56,301 bases of DNA from Intoshia linei (GCA_001642005.1 LWCA01000091.1:1-56301); one strand, 5' to 3'; numbered from the stretch's first letter, positions 23,476 through 38,400 are shown. Notes: a model not told the origin generated them from the sequence alone. Program-made: numbers and translations.

Positions 23476-26400
23476 ATGGACAGAACATTAACACCTTCAA
23501 ATTATCAACATATTGACAAGAAACGAAAAAAATATAATTCCAATGAAACATTCATATCCACCAATTTAAATAGATTACAAAATGATACTTATTCCAATTT
23601 GAATTATATGGCTAGCAGGTTTATTTGTTTCATTAATCATTATTTTTAATTCAATTTATATATTCAAAATGTATATTTACATTTTTTGATATTTGATATT
23701 TTATAATTTATTACATGATATTTTGTAACATTATAATTAATTTATCAGATGTACGTTATAATGTTATTTAAATAAAGTATAGTAAATTATATAGAATTGT
23801 ATAAATATCAACATTTAAGTTATATTTTATCATATGAGAATATGACAGATGCTTGATTTGTATTTTTACATTATAGTCATTTCTGTATAAAGAGTATATA
23901 AAATGGTATATTGTATTACGGCTGATTAAATTTGTTGTGATTTTTTGCAATTTATTTTATTATTCAATTTAACTTGAGCCACCTTTCAGAGTCTGCGAGA
24001 CTATATTTTATACAAAATATTATGACAGTTGAATTGTTTTTAAGCGATTATAAAAAGCTTATATTAAATTTTTTAATGTTGTTTATTACATATTTTACAT
24101 TTCACATAGGAAGCAAATTCTTATCTACTCATATACCACCATTACAACTAAAATAATATTACTGGTTTAAACTTAACTGGTCATTCTTAAATTCATTTTG
24201 AAAGTTTTATAGTCTGTCTTGATAAATGCTTAAAATCAAAAAAGGCATCCACATGAAAATGGTTTTTTCTAATAAAAATAAGTGGACACCTTATTGTACA
24301 ATGTACATTAGGCGTGTGAATTTTTTCACTTTTTTGCGAAAATACAAAAGTGCCACCCCATGCGTGGAAGATGAGGTGGAATGATACACAATTATCAAAA
24401 AAGGATTAAAAAAAACCCTGGGGCAAAGAACTTCAAAATATAAATAATGAGCAAAATTTAATATATTTTGTATAGTAAATTTCATAGTAATAATTATTTC
24501 CATAACAATTAATTTTTAAATTATGATTTTATTATATTTATTAAGTTTTCTCATTGGAATCGGTTTTTTTATCAATTCGGCGTTCATGATTCGCTAGACG
24601 ATAATTTTGCGCATCTTTATAGCTATTTGTATAAAAAATTTTATATTTAAAATAATATTTTTAAGATAATTGTCATATATTTGTTACTGTGAGCGATACA
24701 TTGATCAAAACTTTAGAAGCGATGCCCCAGGGTTTTTTTTAACAGTTGAGAGGTAAGATTGGGTGCAAATTGAATATTTTCAAAATGTTCATATGGTGGA
24801 AGGCTGCACTTTTGATATAAAAATTCGATCACACCCCTAATGTACATTTTAATTGCTTGGAAGGGTCAAGCGACATTTATTTAATCCTACAGATGTGCCA
24901 CAGAATTACTTTTTTTGCGATAATTATTTAATTTAAAAAATAGATACCTACTCAAAATATTATAAAATGAAATGATTATTTGAGAAATGGACACATACAT
25001 TTTTAATTAACCCCTTTTATATCTGACTAGGTTGACTGTTATGCAATACGTACAAACAGCACCTTGCTCTGCCGAGGGCACAAATTTTTATTATACCAAA
25101 AAAATAAATTCACGTTGAAAATCTAACTTAAAAATCCACTACTAACTATTATGAATCTTTTAAAGGAGTGGTTTCCAAACTTGTTTCAAGTGGAACCGTC
25201 ATATCACATTACATTTTACTTTAAAGTGAATTATTCCATCTTAATTTTTTGTTTGTTAACATTTGCGTAAATAATTTTAAACACAATTTTTATCCCATTT
25301 TTTTAATTTGTTAGACAGAATGTGTGTATAATATTCAAAATAAAGTAAAAACAGTCCAATCCTAAAAATTATCATAAATAGCATAAATTCAAGAAAAAAT
25401 AAAATTATAAAAACCTATTTTGTCATTTTCAATGTGATAATATATATTCGATACAAATTTAATAAATACTTAAAAATACCAATTATGTATCAATAATTAA
25501 CGGAATCTTCACTTTATAAATATATTTTAAATGAATTTTACCAATATTACAAAAGATTGTAATAAATATAAAAATTATAATAACAAAGTTGTATTACTTT
25601 TAGTAATTCGTTGTTGTAGTTTTAATTTAAATTTTAAATAAAATGTTATGAAAATAAGATTGAAAAATTGCGAAGGAATAAATTATATACATTTTCACTT
25701 ATATTTATTTATTGCAAAGATGTGGACCAGTGTTTCCCAACCTTTTAAGTATCATGCCCCACTTTTATCATTACGAAATTTCTACGCCCCACAATAATTT
25801 GTAACAAATATTTCCATGTAGTGTCCTAACAGAATTTTTTATGTTTATATATTACAGCGTAACAAACAATGGCAAAAAGTTAAATTAAAATGTAATATAC
25901 CTAAATATAACATACAATAAACCGAATTAATTTGTGATTTTTCAAAATATGGTGTAAATATTTTTAGTCTATCAAAAATATGTGAATTTACCAAATTTTA
26001 GTTTATCTTGTTCAAAAATTATCATTGCTGTAACTTTACCTGGTAAAATTTACCACTGTGTTTGAATGGTAGTTATAAGTTATAATTAGGGCAAATTTTG
26101 ATATGTTCATACGCATCAAATTACAATCACAATGATAATAATTTTACGTGTATTAATTGGCTAATTAAAATTTGATTAAGTTAATAAAGTTAAAATAATA
26201 TTTTCAAAAGTTAAATTTTATTTTTAAAAGTTAAATTATATTTTCACTTTAATTTTGTTTTATGCATGATTGTAGTAAATAAACTTATTAATTTTTATAT
26301 AACTCACTAAAAGCAGTTTTTATTTATTCTTAACTTATTTCTATTCACAATATAGGTAATTTAGCAATACTTTTATATCATTAATGTTTTTTAAGCATGC

Positions 26401-29400
26401 CAAAATATGCGAAATCTAAATATGAAAAAATTTAAATAAAATATTGAAATAAATGATAAATAATTAATAAATAAATAAATAATAAATAATTGAAATAATT
26501 ACAAAACTTTATCTTAGTGAATTTACTAAGAATGACGACAATTCATTTTGTATAAAATGTTGCAATGTTACTTTTACAAAATTAAATTTTATTCAATTAC
26601 ACCGCAAATTAGCAAAACACAAGAGTTTTATGCATATTGTCAGTATTGGAAGTTCAATTAAAACATTGAATGACTTTGTAACAGAAATGGCAGAAGAAAT
26701 TCCATCTGCGGACATATCTCTAAAAAGTTAAATAACGTCAAGTTAAGAACAACATTTAAAAAAAAGGGAATCATTTTGCCATCTGAAAGCAATTGAAGAA
26801 ATAAAATTGATGCTTGTATTTGAAAGAAATGGAAAGAATAAAAAATTATTGTATTAATAATATAATCTTTATCATTATGGACGAAACATATTTAAATGGA
26901 TATAAGTACTTAATACTATGATTGGAACATTAGAAACACCTCAGAATGTAATATTATATGATTGTAAAAATATTACAATAATATGAACGCACAAATAATC
27001 ATTCATACTTTTGATGATACAATTAAAAATAATTAAACAAAAAACAGAAACTTTTAAAAGAAAATATTAAAAATTATGTATACGTAATAAATTTGATTTT
27101 GTACGACCCAAATAATACACTTTTTATTCATCTTTATTAAGACTTAAATTAGGGATCGGAAACCTTTTGCATCTAGTGGACCACTTTTCTATTTTTTACA
27201 GGTGTATTAGAAATAGTGGATATGACTAATGAGTACTAAATATGAAAAAGGTTATGAAACCCTTAATTAGATATTTACGGACATAAGACAACGCTGATTG
27301 TTTTACAACAACTATCTAATAATGCCAATACAATTATGTTTTAAAATTTATATAACGGTGCTACTGCCGACAAGGCAGCAGAAATATTATTATTATGGCG
27401 AATATTAGATTTCATCACTGTTTAAAGAAAAAAATTTAACGAAAAAACAACACACGTGAATTTTTTTTTATAGGTTAAAAAAAATCGCCTTAGTTATAAC
27501 TTTAAAGTTAATTGTGACAAATTCCTGATATAAATGGAATGTGGTCAATGATCATTATTGTAATTAAAAACGCATGTAAAAATATATCTAAATTTTAATA
27601 AAAATTGAGCTTATCAATGAATTTGTAAAAATAGAAATCATTGATAACTAATCAATTATTTTGTTTTTTAAAATTTTTAACAAGTCTCACCGATGGAGCG
27701 CACGCCCCACGTTCGGAATCACTAGTGTAGACGTTCAATGCACATTTTTATTTTAATCGAAATATTGGTTGATAATATAGTAAAAATTATTTTTAACCGG
27801 GAATGCATAGACTTCTGGGGTTGAAATTTTGTATTTATATCAACTGGAATAAGCTGCATCAGAATAATCTTTTTTTAATTTTCGGACCGTTAATTATTTC
27901 ACAATTGTTATTTGAATAAAATATATGAATACTAAAATGCTTTTTTGACCGTGAAGGCGTCACTTATTAAGATTGACATTTTTTGTGTGTCTTAACAGGA
28001 TACAACTGTACCATTTGTAATTTTTTTAAATTTCAGGCTGTTTTCATAAAAAAAAGGTCATTTGGGGTTTCGCCCTGAAGATATAATTTTTTTAAATTTA
28101 ACTTTATGATAATAATTATTATATGTTTATGATTTTAAAATCTGTATCAGAGTATATATTTTTTTAAATTTTCGAATTCGTTTAATTTTCAAAAAAAAGG
28201 AAAATTGGGATTTTTGACCCGTAAGATGAGTTTGGGAGGTTGAAATTTATTTTGCTACCACCCCGTGAAAACTGTAATTGAAATATGGACTTTATAAAAT
28301 TCTAAGACTGGTAGTTATTGAAATAAACGGTAACACACACAAAAAAATATTGCATAGCATATTATATAAGTAAGGGTATCTTTACGCGATATTGTCTTTT
28401 GATTTCAATGATTGTTTATTATAATATGTATACGGGATTATGCCAAAGGCGAAGGGAACTTACATGAACTTTAAAAAATTATATGTAATTCGACTAGTAG
28501 ATTAGCCCTGCAATACTCAATCGCGGAACGTGTCGTTGTTTATAGTTGGTAATCTGTTTCGAAATGTTTATTATTTTAAGACATCTAGTAGTACATTATA
28601 TTACAACAAAAATACGTAATCTATAAAATCTTGGAAGTTTAATTCGCATTGATTATAATATCAAATCCCTAGACACATTATATACCGTATATTAACTACT
28701 TTAGCGTACATGCAAATACCATGACTAAATGAGTTATAATTGAAAGATTAGTTGAGCGAATAATTTATATTACAATGTAACAATAAATCACAATTATTAA
28801 CGTCATAATTAATCGTAATGGAAATTATAAAGCAAAATACAATTGTCACGATAAATGTAACATTTTAAAATTTAACTGTGAAAAATAAATTTAATTATCC
28901 TAACCGACAAAATTGTTTTTATTCTAATAAGTAAAAATAAGTTAAACCAATGGTTTGAAAACCATATCTCACATTTTAAAGAGTTTTATACTATACCGGA
29001 AAAACTTGACTTTGAATTTTTATAAATTTCTAAAAACTTTAAATTTAAACAAGTAAAGAGAAGCCCATATATTTATAACTTAAATGAAAAATTTTTAATT
29101 TTGAAGTTAAATTATTTAAAAAATAATAATTTGATATTTTATTAATCTTGCGAAATTTCATCCATATTGAGTTTGTCTTTAATAATATCATAAAACTTTA
29201 ACAACCTATCATAATCCAAATCCCTAATATGATCAATCATGAGAAAATCATTAAAAATCAACTCTTGTCCAATTCCATTAGATAATTTTTCACACAAAGG
29301 AATAATTCGTTCCAATTTATTGATACGTAAAAATCTTAAAAAATGGTAAAATTTTTTCAAGTCCTTGGTGCAGTTTTGTAAATTCAAATTAATCTGAATC

Positions 29401-32400
29401 AAACACATTTTATCAAATTTCAAAGAATTATAAGTAGAATTGACTGAAAAATGGCTGATGGGATATTCTTGCAATTTAACAACTTTACAAATGTGCAACC
29501 CCAAAATATCGGATATTCTCGAATTTGATTTCCATATAAATTTTGAATTTAAAGTTTCAAATATACTATTTGGTATTATAATGTAATGGACAATATTTCC
29601 ATAACAAAATGGAAATTTTCCAAATATAATGGAATTTGCAAAGTTGCGAAATAATGTAAGTTGGAAAGTTGTAGGGTGGATATTGCCGACAATACTAAAT
29701 TCTGTGTCATTATCTGAAAAACATTTTTTTGTTAGATTATATTCTGATAATGGAAATTGTTGTTCCAATAAAAATGGATAATATGCTTTCACACATTTAT
29801 AGTTTGATAGGTGACTGTAATTTAAGATTAAATGGTCAATTTCATATGGTTCAGCCGATAGAATGTTTGAACAGCCAGAATTTAACAAGGCTTTACCTAG
29901 CAAATCTTTACCTGGGCTCACGTTTATTATAAGATGACTTTTTGGTATTTTTGACATTAATAAATCTGCTACTTTTGCCGCTGTTTCTGGGTTCAATAAA
30001 GTCATGCATTTGTATAACCTTTTTGCTCGGTTCATATAATTTTCAACGTTTTAACCTTTCAAATTGGTATTTTGGCAATTCAATGATGGTTATTCTTGTT
30101 AAAATGGACGATAATTAAAATATATCTTTGTAATCATGATAATTTTTTGTACATTAACAATTCATTTCTTTTTGCTAATGATCAAATGTCCACATGTGAA
30201 TTTATGCAGTAGCGACAGATTAAGCTGACCATGGACTACATGTAATTGTGAAAATTCAACACTTTTTTCAAATTTTATAAATTTTCATTATTTTGACTGT
30301 TTTTTATATAAAATGAGTTGTATCCAGGCGAAAAGTAAATTTTCCATAAAAAAAAAACGGACCATGCAGAGTTTCCCTATAAATGAAATGGAATTTGCCT
30401 TATAACAACACGATAAAAAAACTCTTATAGAAATATGGAATTTTTAAAACTCATCTTAGTTTCTTAATAAACTGGAACAGACAAACAAACATACATTTTT
30501 AACTAAATTATGTTATATAGCTAAGGATTCTATTTTTTTAATTTTTTAACAATTTTTAGGGATATCCCGATAATTTTGTCCAGGGTTATTCTCTGGCACA
30601 ATTACAGCTACCGGAAAAAAATTTAAAATGTGTCATTTTTAACTTTTTGGGAATTTAAGTTTTTTAAGTAAATGGTTCATACAACCACATATTTTCAGCA
30701 ATGTTTATTTTATATGAGGATTTTTCCCACACGTCATTTATTTATCATACATATTGCAACGACATCATTATAATTGTACTATAATATAATTATGAGTAAA
30801 ATAAAACATTAAATAAGAAATATTGACTATAAATTATATTAATTGTATCCATGATAGATGTGATTAGCTAAAAGAGGTGCTTTGCAACAGGTCCTTTTTT
30901 TAATTATGTAAAATTTATAAAGCAGAATTTGATACTAACCATTTATTCAAGCAATTAAGTACACCGTATATAGAAATTAACTCATCCATTCGCTAAATAT
31001 ATGTTAATGTAATCTAATTGCAAACATACAGATGTTATTTATGTTGGGCTGTGTACATTACAATTGGTGTGTATTTCTTTTAGTTTTATAAATAATTTTA
31101 GTCAATTGTGTCACAAATTTTCAGTATTATACTATTCATCAAGAACATACAGGTGACATTATTTATTCAATATTATTATTGACAATACTCAATGACCATT
31201 GTATTTTGCTAAATTCCGGATCTAGCTCTGTTAAGGGCGGTCGTTTTTAATTTTACCAAAAAATAAATATTACTATTCACTATTATCAACCCTTAAAGGA
31301 GTGGTTCTCAAACTTACTTCACGTGGATCCGTCATATTACATTACCTTTTAATTTAAAGCGAATTGTTCCAAATAAAATCACCAAATTTCAACTACATTT
31401 TACAATGTACATTGCAATTTATTGTATTGTATTCAAATGTTTATTACCAAATAAAAATACTAAATACCAAAGTCTATTTTTGACCGTGAAGGCGTCACTT
31501 TGTGAGATTAAAAGTTTTTGTGACTGTTAACTGGATATAACTGTATGATCTGTAATTTTTTTAACATTCTAGGGCTGTTTTCATTTTTAAAAAAAAGGGT
31601 AATCTGGGTTTTTGACTGTGAAAATTATTTTTTAGAGGTTGCTATTTATGATAATGCTTATGAATTTAAAAACCATCCCAGAATTTATCCTTACTTATAT
31701 AATATGATATGCAATATTTGTTTGTGTGTGTGTTACCGTGTATTTCAATAACTACCAGACTTAGAATTTTATAAAGTCCACATTTCAATTACAGTTTTTT
31801 TTCCGGGGTGTTAGCAAAATAAATTTCAACCTTCCAAACTGTCATCTTACGCATTAATAAGTCAAATTGTTGTTTTTTTAAAAATCAAACGAATTCGAGA
31901 ATTTAAAAAAATATATACTCTAATACTGATTTTAGCATAATAAATATTATCATAAATTTAAATTTAAAAAAATATATTTTTAGGGCCAAAACCACAAATT
32001 ACCCTTCTTTTTTTTTCATGAAAACAGCCCTTAAATTAAAAAAATCACAGGTGGTACAGGTGTGTCCTGTTAACACACACAAAAATTTTTAATGTGAATA
32101 AGTTACGCCTTCACGGTGACAAAAGCATTTCAGTATTCATTCTATTCATATACAGTAGACGCTATTCATAACAACATTTTTTTGGTGTTGTAATGAAAAA
32201 TGTAAACATTAATATTATGATCTTTATTATTATATTTTAAAAATTTCGCTTCATTTCGATAATGTAAATAATAAGTTTAATTTTATTTTACAAAGTCAAC
32301 AATGCTTAATACAATTTAAACAGTAAAAAATGTATTTTAGTTACTAAAAAATAGATGCGTTACCTATGATGTGTCACTTATGGAATGATTTTATTGTTGT

Positions 32401-35400
32401 ACTAGTTGAAGTGATTTTCTATACATTTACTATAGAAAATGTTACAATTGAACATCATTTTTCAACGTGTTGTAATGGAAAATGTTGTTATGAATAGCGT
32501 CTACTGCATTGTTTTTCCGAATTATTTTATTAACAAAAAATAAAAAATATGAAATAATTAACGGTCCGAAAATTAAAAAGATTATTCTGATACCATTCTT
32601 ACGTCCGAAAATTGTTTTTAAATGTGCTGAATTGAGTAATTTTGATAGGTTAATATTTCTTAATTATCTAAAGAGGATACTGAAAATATTTTACCTTATT
32701 ATGTTATTTGTGACGATTTTTAGGATTTTAACTATAATTGTATTGTTTTTACTTTATTTTTAATTTATATTGACTTGTTCATAAATTAAAAATATAAAAA
32801 GTCCACCCTAAAGAGAGCTAGTTAGTTATTTTTACAAAGTAAACAACAGTTAAGTTATTTGCTAAATAATTTATTAACAGACACAGAAAAACATTTAATT
32901 TGGTATAAAATACTGTAAGTAAATGTAAGAGTCAAAAAAATTTAATATTAAAATATAATTAATTATCCAATTGATATAATATAATGTAAATAATATTGAT
33001 TTTATTATTAATAAATTTTGAAACATAATCAAATTTTGCTCATTTTGATTCAATTTTTGACTTTTCCCTGAAAGGTACTTTTTTAAACAATGCATTGTTC
33101 GTTTCATATTATAGTATTAACTAGGTTGACTGTTATGTACTACGTACAAACAGCACCTAGCTCTGCCGAGGGACATTTTTTAAAAAAATAATAAAAAAAT
33201 AAATTCATAAAAGTTAATATTATTAACGTCAACTTAATTAATTTTATATTCAAAAATAATACAATACTTATTGGTTACTTTTATTTTCCTCATACTTAAC
33301 AAAGTCGTTCTAACTCATCACATTAATTTGGACTATTCTTCATGCAAGTTTATATAGATTTTAATAAAATCAATTTGATTAAACTGCTTTTTTGAGTGTT
33401 ATACTGTTAACTAGGTTGACTTTTATGTACTACGTACACAGACATCACATAGCTCTGCCGAGGGCACATTTTTATTCTACCAAAAAAATAAATTCATGTT
33501 GAAAATATAATTTAAAAATCCTACTATTCACTATTATCAATCCTTTAAAGGAGTGGTTCCAAAAATAAATTCACGTTGAAAATCTAATTTAAAAATCCTA
33601 CTATTCACTATTATCAATCCTTTAAAGGAGTGGTTCCCAAATTTGTTTCAGGTGGAACCATCATATCACATTACTTTTTACTTTAAAGTGAATTATTCCA
33701 CGTTAATTTTTTGTTTCTTAACATTTGCTTTGTTAATTTTCACTGTCAAAACTACAAATTATCCTTTTTTTAAAATGAAAACAGCTCTATAATTTTAAAA
33801 AAATTTCGGATGATACAGTTATATCCAGTTAACACACACAAAAATTTCAATCTGAACAAGTGACGTCTTGATGGTCAAAAAATCACTATAATATTCATTT
33901 TTTTTTTTATTTCGAAACTATTTTATTAAAAGAAAAAATTTGAAATAATTAACGGTCGTTCAATTAAAAAAAAAGATAATTCTGATACAGCTTATTACAG
34001 TAGATATAAATACAAAATTTCAACCCCACAAATCTACGTATTCCCATGTAAATTAACTTTTAATATATTATTAACCAATATTTTTCAAATGTTTGGATTA
34101 AAATTAAAAATGTAAATATTCATCCTACAATTTCCAAAAAAGTGGGAATTGACGGTATTCACATTTGAAATAAAGAAATATTGGTTTCAATCTCATAGCT
34201 TTATTCCTTCTGCTTTTTTATCATTGCTATGTAGTTTCTTATTTTCAAAAAGTTTCAAGTTTAGAATCAAATGCAGTATAATTTTGTTACAATCATATTG
34301 AGATTTATTTCAATGTTGGAAATATTGACCATTAAAATTAAATTACAGTGGTTTCTGTTCAATATGAATTCCATGAAAATAAAAGTTAGATTTGTATAGT
34401 ATTTATTATGAGTAAATTTTTTTAATATGAATTTCATTCAATATGAACTGTGAATATGAATTTGTGTAAATAAACATAAATTTGTATTAATTTTCTATCA
34501 CGACTTATAAATTTCAGAAAAATAACCATTCAATATGAGTTTGAATTTTAAAAGAAAAAGATTTTTCGATAAATGATAAAATAAAATTGATTAAACTGTT
34601 TGACGAATATTCAAATCGATCTCAAAAACATTTAGCCACCAAACACTCGATTTAAGTAGCTTTGATAAATAAGTCGTTAAAAAATCCCGAAGAAATCCTT
34701 AGTTGTAATAATTTAAATTTTAAATCAGAAGAGACAACCTTGTCTAAGGAAATCTATGAAAATAGAATCAGTGGTTTCAACGTCAACGGACATTAAATAT
34801 AAGTATAAGTGGCAATATATTGAAAGAAATGGTGATGGAAATTGCCAGTCTTTTGAATTTGAACGATTTTAAAGCCTCTACTGGTTGTTTAAATTCTTTT
34901 TTTTAACCAGAAATTCCATTAAATCAAAAAAAAATGTAGGAGAATCAAAATTAGTAAGCGAGTCTAAAATAAAAAAATGGAAAGAATTATTTTCTGAAGC
35001 TGTAGAAAAATATAGAAATGATAACATATTTAACTGTGATGAAACCAGATCTTATAAAAGAAAAAATTAAAAATTGCAATAAAATTAGAAACTATTTTCT
35101 ATTGCAAAAATAAATACTTATACATTTGTGTTAATATTCACTTCATTCTTTATTCATATTGTACAACCAACTCTATTATGAATATTCTAAATATCCGGTC
35201 CCTTGTCATTCATATTGTACAAAAACCACTGTATATCATTTAAAAAATTAACGATTCGATTCCTAGGAATCGTCTCATCATTAATTTTGATGAATTAATT
35301 AATGAATTATAAAGTACACTGTTCGTCAATTTCATATAAATAGGTTTTATTTTATTTGTAATAAATATAAAGATCAACGAATTTACTTTTATCGTACCCT

Positions 35401-38400
35401 AAAGAAAAAAATCACGTTTACCTTATTAAACTATGCATCTATTACTCATTATTAATAAGTCATTAATATATATAATTAATTAATAAATAAATGAACACTG
35501 CTGGATATCATCTCTACGAATGATATTCTACAGTAATTTAATGTTTGAGTACATTAAAATTTACCGAACGTGACAATTTTGATTTCTCATTTATATTACT
35601 AACCTGTATCAAATAATGTACAATGCATAGTTTTATAAACGTGTTATTTGGTAAAGTTTTAATACAAAATTTTGATCAATATTTAGTGTCGGTTAAAAAT
35701 AATTATGGATAATAAGCCGTAAAACGGTTAAAATATTTTGACCTTTTGACTTTTTGACAATGGTAGCCCTATTACATTGTAAGTACAGTATTAGTAAGTA
35801 ACTATAGTATACTGATTATATTTTACAATATACCAGGGGTTCCGACACTTTTTTCATGGTGGGCCGGTAATAAATTATAAAATTTATGGGGACCATTAAA
35901 TCGAAATTACTAGACAAACATTAAAAAAATTAATACAAAACGTAAGAAATTGAGTTCTAATTAGTAAAAATTATTTTGCGAACCAGTATTTGGGAAATGC
36001 TTCCATATACACATGTTTTCTTAAATTCTCGAATCATGTAAGGGTCCATGGCGTAAAAATTTTGACAATTTCTGATATACACAGCATCTGTCATGGGCGT
36101 CAATTAGCGCAATCTTTATTTTTTTCAAAGCATATATTTTTGGAATAATTAAATTATAATACAATCTTTAAATCATATAACAATAAAATATAATTTAAAT
36201 CAGTTGAATTTATTTACTAATCTAATTGATTAAAATATTAAATTATATATTTTTTTATGAATTCATGTACGCCTTCATTGTACGTAAATAAAGAAAAGTT
36301 TTTTGTGAACATTTACATTTGAATAATAAAAATAATTGATAAATTATCAATAAAAACGTCAAAAAAATGTTGAACGGTTCATTAAATTCACTATAAAAGC
36401 AAAAAACCAAGGTTAAAACAGTTGAAACTGACCTAAAGTACTGACTGTAAAGTGAATGAAATTTATGAACCAATTAATTCATTTTACATGTATTGACGCT
36501 TTAACCTGAAACCCATTGAATATATAAACGATAACGTATAATTAAATAGACTTTACTTTTGAATGAATAAATGTAGCTGTAAACTAAAATGTAAATTTAA
36601 ATTTGATGAATTAGTCTTTTAAATTTAAAAAAATTGCCAAATAATGACACGATAATTGAATGTTTATAAAGGAATGATATTATTATATGTAACAATGTAA
36701 GAAAAAATGTACAATCATTTATAAATCCATAAACACTACACTGAACCACATAAATACACAAAGATTATAACTATACAAGACATGCATTACTGATATTGAA
36801 ATGTCAACTATTAAGAAATTTAAATCGCAACAATAGAGCAATCCACTTGAAATGTCAAATCATTATTTATACAGAAATTTGCGAAATTGTTTACAATTTT
36901 AATTTCAATTGTTGAATTTGAAACGTTTTTCCAAGGTTAAATTTAATAATTTCAATGAGCTGAATAACCCATAATACCATTTATTTTAAATTTATTGTTG
37001 ATTATAATGCATTAATTATCAAATTAATTTATAATTATATTTTTCATGAATTTACGTTCAATTTGAAATTTAAAATAATTAAATGAATCGACACATTATG
37101 TGTAATAAATATATTTGGTATATACCAGATTAATATAAAATTATTACATATTGTACTTATTTGTAGCAACGAACATTGGCCTTGAGGCCATATATTATTC
37201 ATAAATCAGAGTCAATAGTTTGCCTTTGGGAATAATTTCGCTAGTCTTTTATCTTTGGAATTTACTACCAATTTGTAGATTAAAAATTAAATTTAAAGGT
37301 GTAAAATTCAAGTAAATTATAATTAAACGATTAAAATATTAATTAAAAATTAACATTATATTTTTATTGTTAATTGGAATATTTAGATTATTCACAAAAT
37401 TAAAATGTTCTCATTCAAATAGAAAATTATTAAAAAATCATCAATGTCAAAAAATAAATAAAAATCAAAAAAACCAAAAAAATACAACGGATTGTAAATA
37501 TAATTTCTCAAAATTAATTTCGTCAAAATTAAAACTATTAAAAAGAGACGTTGAACAAATAGCTGAAGAATCTCGCGAAATTATTGATAAACATGTAAGT
37601 TTTATTGTTTCTATTATTTTATTCATTTATTATTTTTAATTAATTTTAATTACTTGTAAGTCTATGGGTTGAACACGATCCTAATAATTTCACAATTTTT
37701 CATGGACTGATAGTATTTTTCATAGAACCTCATAGAAAGTTTATATGGACCAATTTGGCGACTCTTGGTTTAAATAAAATAGTAATAAAAAAGCCTTGAG
37801 GTTATCTTTAGGTATGATCTATCAATAAGGTTCTTTAGAAACTTTGTGTAAATTACGAATCAGAACCCAAACTACTGTCCATTACTCTGTTCATAAATCC
37901 TCAAAATTAAAAACTGTCTCAATTTCTGTTTTTCAAAGTTGACAAGCGTAGAATACGAGAAATTTATTCGTTTCTGTTGTGTTGCGTATCATAAATGATG
38001 AATAATTAATAACAAGTTAATTGTAAATTCACAACTGGTGTAGATATGGTTAATATTAGCTAAATAAAGTGGAATCAAAAAAATTTGACTGCACATGCAT
38101 TTTTTACAACGCGTGACGCGTTACGCGTCTGTTAAAATAGTTTAAATGTAATTGCTGTAATATTGTTATACTTCAAAAGTATATTGTAGTTTCAAAATCA
38201 TACTATAACACAGATCAGAGGTGGGGAAAGTGCGACCTTGTTGACGATTTGAATTCCTTCTGAACAATTTGAATTATTTTTCCTTAAGGGTTGGTAAAAT
38301 TAGGTTTTTTCTTAAGGGTTGGTAAAATTTTGGTTTTTCTCATAAGATTTTACTAAATTGAATTAAATATGCTAAAAATGTATCTTTCACGCCCAACCAT

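Noticed and set aside
36776-36935. Possible additional kinesin 5' exon ending CCAAG|GTTAAA
   Set aside because: I found no clean open frame with a matching acceptor and phase.
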